A program made the translations under genes and the position numbers. Of a stretch of DNA of 20,000 nucleotides, positions 1 through 9,018 are shown in pieces (within the stretch, counting starts at the first letter, position 1; the number at the start of each line of letters is the position of its first letter). Under the pieces are notes generated by a model that ran no database searches, was not told the DNA's origin, and was given only the letters and a program-made list of their open reading frames with translations. Source of the DNA: an uncultured virus (IMG/VR IMGVR_UViG_3300005617_000584) (lineage: Duplodnaviria > Heunggongvirae > Uroviricota > Caudoviricetes); IMG/VR virus record IMGVR_UViG_3300005617_000584. One strand, given 5' to 3'.

Positions 1-2
1 AT

Positions 3-2150
3 CTCGTCGAGATCCGGCTGAACGGACGCCGAGAAGTCGCGGGCGCTTTGGTGATGGCGAATCCGATGAACGCATTGAATCTGTTGTGGTCAGGTGGGGC
101 GGTGGGGAGCTTTTGTTATTTCGATGATGTCGCGGTGAACAGTACGACCTGGCCCGGTCCTGGTCACGTGATTGCCCGTCAAGGTATTTCAGGAACGCCG
201 ACCTATGATGTGTGGTCAAAGACGGGCGGCACCATTGATGTGGTGTGGTCAGATTTCCCCTTCAATGCTGCCACCAATGCTCAGACGACGGCGGCGTCTC
301 AGAAGCAGACGATGGTGGTCGCGAGCCCTGCGACACTTCGGATTGGACTCGTGCTCTCTCAGACGTATGGGCAGGAGTTCATCTCACCCCTGGATACGAT
401 CAATGGCTGTAAATCGGTGATGATTGGCAAGCGCGCCTCGGGCGCTGCGAATATCAATCTGCTTCGGATCGTGGGCGGCGTGGAGACGGCGACGGCCATC
501 AACCCTACCACGGTGGATGCGTATTTTGATGATGGTGTGTGGACCACAACCTACGCCAATCTGCTTACGGTCGAAGTGGGAGCCGAGCGGGGCGCGACGG
601 GCACCGGGAACATGATCGTGGAAGATATGTGGCTCATGATCGACTATACCCCGGCCGTGAAGGGCTACGTGGGTTTTACGGGTTTCGAGATTGGCAGCTT
701 TGGCGAAGTCCAGGCGATCACGAATACCGTGGCGATTGAAACGACGACGATCCGGACGGGGGGATATTCCGCCAAGATCACCCATCACGCCTCCGAGAGC
801 ACGATCGATGTGCTCCCTCCAGGACGCCCGATGGAGCAGTATGGGGATCTTTATCTGCGGTTCTATTTCCGCGTATCGGCGCTGCCGGGCTCGTTGACCA
901 CGGTGGCACGCTTCAAGCCTCCAGTGGGCCTGGGCGTGGAGCTGAAGTTGCGGACGACGGGTATCCTCGAGGCGTTCGGAAATGGGGTGTCGATTGGCGT
1001 GGGAGTGGCTACGGCGTTGTCGATTAACACGTGGTACCGCGTTGAGCTCCGAGGGGCGGTCTCCCCGACTGGTTCGACCTCGCCGACGGGTGTAGTGCAG
1101 CTTCGCGTCAATGGGGTGGATTTTGCCAGCACCACTGCGATTGATGTTGGAGGCATGTTCGAAAAGGCCCACCTCATGTATCACGGGACGGCCACGAATT
1201 TTTGTTTTGTGGACGATGTCGCCATTAGTGATGTCGGCTTCGTGGGCACCGGACAGGTGATCTCGCGATCTCCGGTCGCTGGGACGCCCACCAATGACGG
1301 ATGGGTGAAAACAGGTGGCGCCACGATTGATCTCGTGTGGGCGGATACACCCACGAACGCGGCGACTTATGCCACTGCGAATAGTGCGAGCGGGCAACAG
1401 ACGGCCATCATCGGTCCCTTCACGTCGACCCAGGCGGGCAAGGGAACCGATGTGCTGCCCGCCGACGCAGGCATCTTGGCCGTGCGGGAGGCGGTGTATG
1501 GCCGGGTGGCCCCGGCGCCGTCTGGGATGAATACCCATGCACTGCAGCGCCGGGTGGGCGGTGTCGTGACGCGGACCAATGTCATCATGCCATTGACGTC
1601 GGGGCCGGTCGTGGAGCCAGTTCCATGGACGACCACTGTGGCCTTGATGGATAGCTTGGAAGCGGGCGGGCGCCAGCAGGACGGTATCACGTATCCGATG
1701 CGGATCGAAGATGTGTGGGTGACGGCGCTGTTCAATACCCCGATTGCGCAACTAATCGATGAGCTCACGGCTACGCTGTCGGATACGATCGTGTTGCTGG
1801 TGGAGAAGATCGAGAACAACGATGCGAGTGTGTCGGATACGATTACCCTGGTTCTGAGCTTGGTCGCCCTGACGGACACGATCTTTTTGGATGATGTGGT
1901 GACGTTGTTGGCCAGCTTGTTGGTCTCGGACGATGCCACGATTGTCGATACCACTGCGCTGTTGTTGATCCTCGGCGCCGTCGCAGATGAGACGCTCGCG
2001 ATCGAGGATGTCGTGGCGTTCCTGCTGGCGATCGTCCAGGACGGCGGCACTATCACGGTGAGCGATGTGGTGGCAACATTCCAGCTCGGCGTGACGACGC
2101 GCCAGGCTGTCTATGCGCCGCGCTGGTTGATCGAGATCGAGGACGCCTAA
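3..2150 (+). CDS. Large virion structural/tail protein with tandem LamG/concanavalin-A-like repeat units; 5' truncated by the window edge
   Basis: Frame is open from base 3 (LVEIRLNG...), upstream of the track start at 48. LamG-like motifs NTWYRVELR, VQLRVNG, FVDDVAI; ~360-aa internal duplication; T/G/A/V-rich; TAATG overlap with the next tail gene. Confidence 0.7.
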   Translation, partial: LVEIRLNGRREVAGALVMANPMNALNLLWSGGAVGSFCYFDDVAVNSTTWPGPGHVIARQGISGTPTYDVWSKTGGTIDVVWSDFPFNAATNAQTTAASQKQTMVVASPATLRIGLVLSQTYGQEFISPLDTINGCKSVMIGKRASGAANINLLRIVGGVETATAINPTTVDAYFDDGVWTTTYANLLTVEVGAERGATGTGNMIVEDMWLMIDYTPAVKGYVGFTGFEIGSFGEVQAITNTVAIETTTIRTGGYSAKITHHASESTIDVLPPGRPMEQYGDLYLRFYFRVSALPGSLTTVARFKPPVGLGVELKLRTTGILEAFGNGVSIGVGVATALSINTWYRVELRGAVSPTGSTSPTGVVQLRVNGVDFASTTAIDVGGMFEKAHLMYHGTATNFCFVDDVAISDVGFVGTGQVISRSPVAGTPTNDGWVKTGGATIDLVWADTPTNAATYATANSASGQQTAIIGPFTSTQAGKGTDVLPADAGILAVREAVYGRVAPAPSGMNTHALQRRVGGVVTRTNVIMPLTSGPVVEPVPWTTTVALMDSLEAGGRQQDGITYPMRIEDVWVTALFNTPIAQLIDELTATLSDTIVLLVEKIENNDASVSDTITLVLSLVALTDTIFLDDVVTLLASLLVSDDATIVDTTALLLILGAVADETLAIEDVVAFLLAIVQDGGTITVSDVVATFQLGVTTRQAVYAPRWLIEIEDA

Positions 2151-4000
2151 TGCGCTTTTCTGAAACGACGATCAGGATTGCGGGATCGGGATTTGGTTAC
2201 GGGTCGTTTGGGCACGGCCCGTTTGGGGGCTCCGGTGTATATCTGGGGGTGATCTCCCATTCGCCGACGATTTCCCGTGAGCTCTCGGATCCGTTCTGGG
2301 GAACGGTCGCTGTCCAGGATATTAGCTTCACGGTGGCGAATGCGAATGGCGCGTATCTTCATCTCTATCAGAACAACATCATCGGTCGCGCCGTGGTCGT
2401 GCGGCGCTATGATGCGTTGTCCGAGTACAGCTCTGAGGAATTCACGGGGATTGTGAGTTCCGTCAGTATTACGGATGAGGGCGTGGTAATTGGATGCAGT
2501 AATCGGGCATCCGTTCTCGAGGAAGAGATCCCGAAGCTCAAGGTCGATACCAGTTGGCCTGCTGCAGTTTTGGGGAATCCTGCCGAATCGGGTACGGGGT
2601 TGTCGGTGGGGGGCGGCGTGGCACAAGATGCGCTTAACCGGCCCGTGCCGATCTGGTTTGGCGATATGCCGAAAGTGCAGACGCTGTACGTGAATGAGAA
2701 TATCCCGGCGAACAAGTATGACTATCTCGTCGGCCATGGTCCCATTACGGTAGTGAATGTGTATCGGACGGGCGCCAATAATCGTCTGTTCCTGGTGAAT
2801 ACGGCCGAGTACACCGTGAGCACCTCGCTCTATCCGGGGTATACAGTTGTGCGATTTGTGCGCCGTCAGGTCAATACCTCGAATACGCTCACCGATATTT
2901 TTGTGGATGGGCAGGGTCCAGCCACCCGGAAGAACTTTGTGACCGCGATCCGCCATCTCCTCACGAAGTCGTGGGGATTAAATCAGGTCGTAGATGCGGT
3001 GAATTTCAATGCAGCGGCCGCGTTGGTGGGTGCGATGACGGAGCTCGAGTGCGATGGAGTCTTGACGGATTCGACCCCGGCGATGGATGTGCTCAAGCAT
3101 CTTCTGATGGTACGGGGAATGCGGTTGTCGCTCGGTCCCGATGGGTGGCGGATTGCTGTGGATGCCGCCTCCACCGCGACGATTCGCATGGTCTTGAATG
3201 AAGGCCGGGCTCCAGAGAGTTCGCCGAATATCCTCAGTGTGGGCGCCCGCGATCGAACGGTTATGGACAACGTGGTGACGAATGCCATTATCAGCTACCG
3301 CTTTGATCGGCCCACAAGTAAGTATCTATTCCAGCAATCCCAGGTTGTGAATGCCACAACGTACGGGGCCGAGCGGGTGTTCGAAAATCTCTTTATCCGT
3401 GAGCACGCCTGTGCGGATCGGGTATTGGCGTACCTCAAGGGACGTTTGAAATACGGCAGCGAACAGGTGGGCGTTGGGCTACCCCAAGAGGCCCGGGTCC
3501 TGAGTGAGGGGGATTTAGTGATGATTACCTCTCCCCGTCGCGGGCTGTTTGCTCAAGTGATGGAGGTTACTCAGGTCGAAAAGAGCCTGGAAGCGGTCAA
3601 TACAGTGTTGGTGTCGTGGGACACCTTGATTTATGCGTATACCGCTGCCACGCCCCCCGCTGATGATGTAGCGGGCACGTTTGAGGATTTTTCGAATGTG
3701 CCGCCTAATCCTGTTGCGAACCTGACGTTCCCCACGGGGGCCGCCTTCCGAGGCACCTACAATGTGGTGGGCGTTGGCTTGCGGGCGTTCGTCACGGTGC
3801 GGTTTACGACGCCCACTGATGGAAATTACGACCACGCGAATGTACGGTTCCGCAAGAACCTCTCCACGATTTGGCAGGCCTCAAGTGTGACGTATGCGAC
3901 AGGGACGGTCGATGTGCGTATTGAAAATCTCGACCCGGAGGTCACATATGAGTATTCGGTGCAAACCGTAAACAAGTTCGGCTTGCTTTCTGGTGGCTAG
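2150..4000 (+). CDS. Tail tip/central tail (host-specificity J-like) protein with C-terminal fibronectin type III domain
   Basis: 616 aa; GAGGA RBS 6 nt upstream; PVPIWFGD motif typical of tail-tip proteins; LSEGDLVMIT...MEVTQVE hub-like motif; FN3 signature NLDPEVTYEYSVQTVNKFG. Confidence 0.7.
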   Translation: MRFSETTIRIAGSGFGYGSFGHGPFGGSGVYLGVISHSPTISRELSDPFWGTVAVQDISFTVANANGAYLHLYQNNIIGRAVVVRRYDALSEYSSEEFTGIVSSVSITDEGVVIGCSNRASVLEEEIPKLKVDTSWPAAVLGNPAESGTGLSVGGGVAQDALNRPVPIWFGDMPKVQTLYVNENIPANKYDYLVGHGPITVVNVYRTGANNRLFLVNTAEYTVSTSLYPGYTVVRFVRRQVNTSNTLTDIFVDGQGPATRKNFVTAIRHLLTKSWGLNQVVDAVNFNAAAALVGAMTELECDGVLTDSTPAMDVLKHLLMVRGMRLSLGPDGWRIAVDAASTATIRMVLNEGRAPESSPNILSVGARDRTVMDNVVTNAIISYRFDRPTSKYLFQQSQVVNATTYGAERVFENLFIREHACADRVLAYLKGRLKYGSEQVGVGLPQEARVLSEGDLVMITSPRRGLFAQVMEVTQVEKSLEAVNTVLVSWDTLIYAYTAATPPADDVAGTFEDFSNVPPNPVANLTFPTGAAFRGTYNVVGVGLRAFVTVRFTTPTDGNYDHANVRFRKNLSTIWQASSVTYATGTVDVRIENLDPEVTYEYSVQTVNKFGLLSGG

Positions 4001-4038
4001 ATCTGGAAAAGTGCGGTTATACTTGATGAGGAGGAGTA

Positions 4039-4902
4039 ATGGCGAACCCTGAGATAGACACCACTGATGGCGATGTGACTCCACCACCCGCCCCGATGAG
4101 TATCATTGTGACTGCGTATGGTAAGGGATTGATGGTGTCGGTGCTCTTGGTCGAGGGGCTCGATTTCCTTGAATACGAATTCTGGAAGAAAGTAGGCGCA
4201 GGCGGCACGTATGCCATGTTCGCCCATGGACGGATCAGCAGCATGGTGGATCTGGATACCGCTTATGGGACGACCTACTTCTACAAGGCGCGCGGGGTGG
4301 ATACGAGTGGCAACGTGGGCGCGTTCGGTACGGCGGAAGCGTCTGGCACGCCCGCTCAGATGGCGACGGGTGATATTGGGTCTGGCGCGGTGCAGACGAT
4401 CAATATTGCCGCTGGGTCTGTTGTCACTCTAAATATCGCGGCGGGCGCGGTCGTGACTTCGAATATTGCAGCAAATGCTGTGAGTTCTGTTGCGGCTTCG
4501 TCGGCGATTTCCGTTGCTGGTCCGATATTCACCCCAACGTTTACGTCGGTTATCCCAAATCTCACTGTAGGGATTACCACGCAAGGTGGTCCAGTGTTGG
4601 TCGTGTATTCTCTAGAAATCATCAAGACCAATACTGATGCGTCTGTCCAGGTTGTGGGCGCTTTGTTCACGGTTCGGCGCGATGGTGCTACATTGGGTGG
4701 TGGGATCAATTCGAAATCGGCTCAGGCCGGTCTCCCGGCGCCGTTGAATACGACGAATGAGATTCAATCGTATACGTTGGTTGATATTCCGCCCGCCGGA
4801 TTCCATACGTATGATGTGACTTGGTGGCCAAGTACATCAGGGGTGAATGCGACTTTCTATGCGGGCACGAGATTCATTGAAGCGATCGAATTTAAGAGGT
4901 GA
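4039..4902 (+). CDS. Tail fibre/receptor-binding protein (N-terminal FN3, 10-aa NIAAGxV repeats, C-terminal beta domain)
   Basis: GAGGAGGAG RBS; DVTPPPAP linker then FN3 motif YGTTYFYKARGVDTSGN; repeats IGSGAVQTI/NIAAGSVVTL/NIAAGAVVTS/NIAANAVSS typical of fibre shafts. Confidence 0.7.
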   Translation: MANPEIDTTDGDVTPPPAPMSIIVTAYGKGLMVSVLLVEGLDFLEYEFWKKVGAGGTYAMFAHGRISSMVDLDTAYGTTYFYKARGVDTSGNVGAFGTAEASGTPAQMATGDIGSGAVQTINIAAGSVVTLNIAAGAVVTSNIAANAVSSVAASSAISVAGPIFTPTFTSVIPNLTVGITTQGGPVLVVYSLEIIKTNTDASVQVVGALFTVRRDGATLGGGINSKSAQAGLPAPLNTTNEIQSYTLVDIPPAGFHTYDVTWWPSTSGVNATFYAGTRFIEAIEFKR

Positions 4903-4909
4903 GGTCTCT

Positions 4910-5119
4910 ATGAGACAAGGTTTGACGTTAGATGCGAATGGAAATATCACTGGGATGGTTATCGTGACTAATGATAGCGATATTTATCTGCAGACTCACG
5001 ATAATCTCTTGATTGTCCCAGCGGATCATAAAGTGTTTCAAGACAAGCATGGATGGACCGTGGAGCAGTTACCGGAACCGGAACTTAAACAGGAGGCTCA
5101 TGATGGAGATGCTGAATGA
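4910..5119 (+). CDS. Small hypothetical protein, possible tail-fibre assembly chaperone
   Basis: GAGGT RBS then ATG at 4910; directly follows the fibre gene. Function inferred from position only. Confidence 0.5.
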   Translation: MRQGLTLDANGNITGMVIVTNDSDIYLQTHDNLLIVPADHKVFQDKHGWTVEQLPEPELKQEAHDGDAE

Positions 5120-5357
5120 AGCGCGAGCGGCGATCAGCGGATACAAGACTTATGGGGCAGCACTTCTCACGGGCATCTATGCCGTGGGGGCGTGGCTTGT
5201 GTTCGGGCAGCCCGTTAATGTCGACTTGATCGCACTGGCGGTCTTGAGCTCAACCCTGCGGGCGGCGATCGCCAAGGGACCGACTCCACCGCCGTTGACG
5301 GTGATAAATGGCGAGCTCACCTATCCCGAAGGACGTTCTTCCCGGCGTGGTCTCTGA
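5100..5357 (+). CDS. Putative holin (two hydrophobic segments)
   Basis: AGGAGG RBS, ATG 5100; GYKTY motif before a hydrophobic helix as in small phage holins; second hydrophobic helix; basic C-terminus; lies after the tail genes. Confidence 0.6.
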   Translation: MMEMLNEARAAISGYKTYGAALLTGIYAVGAWLVFGQPVNVDLIALAVLSSTLRAAIAKGPTPPPLTVINGELTYPEGRSSRRGL

Positions 5358-5388
5358 TGCGCTGTCACCCTTACCCGAGGAGGTTTCT

Positions 5389-5802
5389 ATGAAGCTCAAT
5401 CGATTTTCCTACGTGCTGATGGCGATTCTCATCCTCGTCAGCCTTCAGGCGTGTGCGTCGTTCAACACGCGTGATAAGCAGCTATTGATTTCCGGGACTG
5501 CGATGGAAGCGGCCTCGGATCAGTTCGTCCAGGTCGGCAATATGTTCAATGCCACCTATACCGCGAAACAGATTACCGCTGATCAGTATCGCCCATGGGC
5601 CGTGTTCGCCACGCATTTCAAGACGGCGTATCCGCTCGCGGTAGATTCCTGGAAGTCAGTCCATGCGTCGGGTGACGTCGCGTCCCAGAGCAAGCTTGAA
5701 GTGGTGATCCGGGATATGCTGACCGGGCTGTCGAAATTCTCGGCCTTCATTATCCCGTACCTCGCACCACCCCCAACTGCCGTGCCGTTGGCGGCGAAGT
5801 AA
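5389..5802 (+). CDS. Lipoprotein, possible spanin component
   Basis: GAGGAGG RBS, ATG 5389; signal peptide II MKLNRFSYVLMAILILVSLQA-C with lipobox LQAC; follows the holin. Confidence 0.6.
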   Translation: MKLNRFSYVLMAILILVSLQACASFNTRDKQLLISGTAMEAASDQFVQVGNMFNATYTAKQITADQYRPWAVFATHFKTAYPLAVDSWKSVHASGDVASQSKLEVVIRDMLTGLSKFSAFIIPYLAPPPTAVPLAAK

Positions 5803-5814
5803 GAGGAGGCCATC

Positions 5815-6015
5815 ATGCCAGCTCTACTCGCAATGCTGATCCCGCTGATTCCCGGCCTCATCGATTCTGCGTTCAAGATGGTGGCGGCGATCCGCTCGGC
5901 CGCTGGGGATAGCCCCGAAGTGACGGCGGAAGTCAAGGCGAAGCTCTTGGCCCTTGAGCAGTCGCTTGAGGCCTCCAAGAAGGCTGTCGCTGATCTGGTC
6001 GTGTACAAGGTTTAG
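5815..6015 (+). CDS. Small protein with hydrophobic N-terminus and coiled coil; possible lysis/spanin partner
   Basis: GAGGAGG RBS; MPALLAMLIPLIPGLI then heptad-like VKAKLLALEQSLEASKKAV. Confidence 0.55.
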   Translation: MPALLAMLIPLIPGLIDSAFKMVAAIRSAAGDSPEVTAEVKAKLLALEQSLEASKKAVADLVVYKV

Positions 6016-6326
6016 TGAAGCTCGCCGCTTTCCGGATCCCGCCGCGCATTCACCTTCCTGGCGTCGTGATTCATGTAAAGCAAGTTGACTCCGACGAGAT
6101 CGAAGGTCAAAGCGCACAGTGGGACTACGATGCGACCACTGGGGAAGCGCGCATCCGTATCGACCAGCATATGCCGTTGGCCGTGAAGCGCTATCTGCTC
6201 TATCACGAGCTACAGCATGTGCTGGTCGACCTCATCGACATTGCCCTCGAATATCACAGTGATCTCATTCGCAACGCCCGCATGGGCAAGCAGCAGCGCC
6301 GCAAACGCAAAGCTAGTCACCCTTAA
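6015..6326 (+). CDS. Small HExxH zinc metallopeptidase-like protein (ImmA/IrrE-like fold)
   Basis: GTG overlapping the previous TAG; IRID...YLLYHELQH motif; basic tail. Confidence 0.7.
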   Translation: MKLAAFRIPPRIHLPGVVIHVKQVDSDEIEGQSAQWDYDATTGEARIRIDQHMPLAVKRYLLYHELQHVLVDLIDIALEYHSDLIRNARMGKQQRRKRKASHP

Positions 6327-6343
6327 ACCTGCGAGGTTCTCTA

Positions 6344-7138
6344 TTGAGTGTAAAGCCGCGAGCTCGAGTCTACTGTGGTGTAAAGCACGGCGTCATCCCC
6401 GATACCCAGGTCAAGCCCGGCGTTCCGATCGATCACTTCGACTGGATCGCCCAGTACTTCTGTGAGAAGCGCCCTAACGTGATTATCCATTTGGGCGACT
6501 GGTACGACATGAATAGCCTCTGTTCCTACGATAAGGTGGACAACCCCGGGGACTACCATCAGCGCCTCTACGAAGATGATCTCGAGGCGGGCGATCGGTC
6601 GTTGGAGCTGTTCGAGAACCGCCTGGCCAAAACCAAGGACTACAAGCCCCGGAAGGTCTATCTGTTAGGCAATCACGAAAATCGCTACGAGCGGCTGATC
6701 CGTGCAGAGCCGGTGCTGGCGCGGTCGCTGACGAAGCCCTGGAAGGCAGCGGAGGCTCGGGGCTGGGAGGTGCAGCCGTTCCTGAAGCCGATTGTCATTC
6801 ATGGCGTGGCCTACTGCCACTATTTCTGCCGAGGGCCGAATGGCACCGTCGGCAACTCACGTCGAGGGGCGCCGTCGGCGCGGGCGCAGGTCACGCGGGA
6901 GATGCGGTCTTGTACGGCTGGCCACAAACAGGGCCTTGATGTGCACATCCAGCCGACCGAAGACGGCATGAAGCGCGGCATCATCGCTGGGTCCTGTTAT
7001 CAACACGAAGAGGAGTATCTCTCCCCCCAGGGGACGACCTACTGGCGCGGCATCCTCATGAAGCACGAGGTGCACGAGGGCGACTTTAATCTTATGGAGG
7101 TGTCCTTGAATTTTCTCCAGCGGCGGTTTGGACGATGA
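6344..7138 (+). CDS. Calcineurin-like metallophosphoesterase (phage IPDTQVKPG family)
   Basis: Motifs IPDTQ, HLGDWYDM, LGNHENR, YCHYF, AGHKQ; GAGG RBS 7 nt before TTG. Confidence 0.85.
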   Translation: MSVKPRARVYCGVKHGVIPDTQVKPGVPIDHFDWIAQYFCEKRPNVIIHLGDWYDMNSLCSYDKVDNPGDYHQRLYEDDLEAGDRSLELFENRLAKTKDYKPRKVYLLGNHENRYERLIRAEPVLARSLTKPWKAAEARGWEVQPFLKPIVIHGVAYCHYFCRGPNGTVGNSRRGAPSARAQVTREMRSCTAGHKQGLDVHIQPTEDGMKRGIIAGSCYQHEEEYLSPQGTTYWRGILMKHEVHEGDFNLMEVSLNFLQRRFGR

Positions 7139-7650
7139 GTTTGGAACCCGAAGGTGATTGCATAGGATTTCAGCTTCAGCATGATGAGGTGCTCTGTCCG
7201 CTCCACGAGTTCCCTGGTATGAAGATGATGCCCCGGCGTCATCCCGCCTCCGAGCGGCTCCATGAGCTCCTGCAAGAGATGGGTGCCCTCCACGACCGGA
7301 AGCAGAAGGATTACGGGACCGCGACGGATCCGTTTGCGAATGTGCGCGGTTCCCTCGAGTTTGGCGTTCGTCCCTGGGTGGGGGCGATGATCCGCCTCAA
7401 TGATAAGGTCAAGCGCCTGCAGTCCCACGCCCAGGGCTCGCCCCTGGCGAACGAGGGCGCGCTCGACTCCATGATGGATATCGCGGTCTATGCGCTGATT
7501 GCGTATGTCCTGTACGAGCAGGACGCCCTCGCCACCCCTCGGCCGGAGGGAGGGTTTTGCATTGAGCAAGTGGCGCATGTAGGATCGAAACCTGATGGCA
7601 ACGCGACCCCGTCTTCCAACGGACAGGAAACTGGGCTTTCAACCCGGTAA
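7135..7650 (+). CDS. Nucleotide-modification-associated domain 1 (Nmad1/DUF1599-like) protein
   Basis: HDRKQKDYG...DPFAN...IRLNDKVKRL...DSMMDIAVYA pattern; ATGA overlap with the phosphoesterase stop. Confidence 0.7.
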   Translation: MSLEPEGDCIGFQLQHDEVLCPLHEFPGMKMMPRRHPASERLHELLQEMGALHDRKQKDYGTATDPFANVRGSLEFGVRPWVGAMIRLNDKVKRLQSHAQGSPLANEGALDSMMDIAVYALIAYVLYEQDALATPRPEGGFCIEQVAHVGSKPDGNATPSSNGQETGLSTR

Positions 7651-7714
7651 CGCGAGATCAACACTCGCCGGGGTCATTTCCAATTAACGCTGCGTGGAAA
7701 TCAAGGAGTTCATC

Positions 7715-8164
7715 ATGCAAACCGAAATAGATGAGCGCCAACAGCTTCGGCGGGAGCGGATGTTCGCTGATCTGGACAACCTCAAGAAGCATGTGGACGG
7801 CCTCGCCTCACGGCATGAAGGCGCGCATCGTAAATCGTTGGAGGCGACTCGGGCGGTGCGCGATCTAGAAGAAGCCGTGAAGATGAAGGAATCCATGGTG
7901 TTGGCCCTTGTGTCGGGGGAGCTTGATCCAGGCACGAACAAGCCTCGCTATACCAGTGTCGAGACACGCAAGGCAGCGGCGCAGACGCAGTTGGCGAGTG
8001 ATAGTGAGTACCAGGGGCTCAAAGACAAGCTGTTTGATACCCAGGGCACCAAGATGAATGCCGATCTTGAATTGGGTGGGATCGAGCAGCAGTGGAAGAG
8101 CGCGGGTGTCGTGCGAGACATCCTCGTAGCCCAGACGCGGCTGTTGACCGCTGATTTCCAGTAA
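7715..8164 (+). CDS. Hypothetical coiled-coil protein
   Basis: AAGGAG RBS before ATG 7715; charged, heptad-rich sequence. Confidence 0.7.
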   Translation: MQTEIDERQQLRRERMFADLDNLKKHVDGLASRHEGAHRKSLEATRAVRDLEEAVKMKESMVLALVSGELDPGTNKPRYTSVETRKAAAQTQLASDSEYQGLKDKLFDTQGTKMNADLELGGIEQQWKSAGVVRDILVAQTRLLTADFQ

Positions 8165-8185
8165 CCCTTCCCCAAAGGAGTTTCC

Positions 8186-9013
8186 ATGGCGAACATCGCT
8201 GTCCCTGATCGTAATCTGACCACCCGTGATATGGAATTGAAGGCGGCGGCGGATATGGTGCCGAAGAATCTACCCTTCACTCAGGAAGAGTGGGCGGAGA
8301 TGCCCAAGGAAGAGCGCTTTATCGCGCTGCAATTCTTCCGAGCGGAAACCATCGCCTCCACCAACGGCATCAAGTTCGATTTCCCTCGCATGAAGTTTCC
8401 CACATCGGGCTCAAGTTTTTGGGAGATCGAGACCCCCGAAGGTGAGATCAAGACCGTGAAGGAGCTCAAGGGGGTTGTGGTCTTCCAGCTCCCGAGTCGG
8501 GTATACTACCCCATCACGGACAATCCGACAACCGGCACGCCACCGACCTGCGTCTCAGATGACGGGAAATACCCCCATCCCGAAAAGTCCCAGGTGGTCC
8601 AGGCGACGAGTTGTGCGGAATGCCCGCATTCGCAATGGAATACCGGCAAGGATGGGCGTGGGATGGCCTGCAAACAACGAACGCGGATCTTCACGTTCTT
8701 GGAAAACGATGGGATCGTCGACGAGATCCCTACGATGATTTCCTTGCCTCCTACCGGCGTACGGCCGTTTGCGGATTACGTAATGCGGCTCATCCAACGA
8801 AACATCCCGGCCGGGCTGCACGGCGTCATGACGGCGTTCGGGCTGGTGGACGAGACCAATGCCGGAGGTCAGAAGTTCAAGAAGCTCGATTGCAAGGTGT
8901 CGCGTAAGCTGACATATCCGGAGATGCAGCACTTCAATAATTTGAGTGAGATGTTCAAGGAAAAGATGGCGGAAATGGGCCAGTCGGGTAGCGTGATCGA
9001 CGGCGAGTTCTAA
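8186..9013 (+). CDS. Putative ssDNA-binding/annealing protein with four conserved-looking Cys
   Basis: AAGGAG RBS; phage family motif CxSxDG...CxxCP...W...GxACK; acidic-aromatic C-terminus (IDGEF) resembling SSB tails. SSB function is inference. Confidence 0.55.
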   Translation: MANIAVPDRNLTTRDMELKAAADMVPKNLPFTQEEWAEMPKEERFIALQFFRAETIASTNGIKFDFPRMKFPTSGSSFWEIETPEGEIKTVKELKGVVVFQLPSRVYYPITDNPTTGTPPTCVSDDGKYPHPEKSQVVQATSCAECPHSQWNTGKDGRGMACKQRTRIFTFLENDGIVDEIPTMISLPPTGVRPFADYVMRLIQRNIPAGLHGVMTAFGLVDETNAGGQKFKKLDCKVSRKLTYPEMQHFNNLSEMFKEKMAEMGQSGSVIDGEF

Positions 9014-9018
9014 CCCTC

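Noticed and set aside
384..1751. 455-aa minus-strand ORF
   Set aside because: Antisense shadow of the structural gene; R/H-rich composition, no motifs.
4011..4025. TATACT -10-like hexamer before the fibre gene
   Set aside because: No -35 at suitable spacing and no TG extension.
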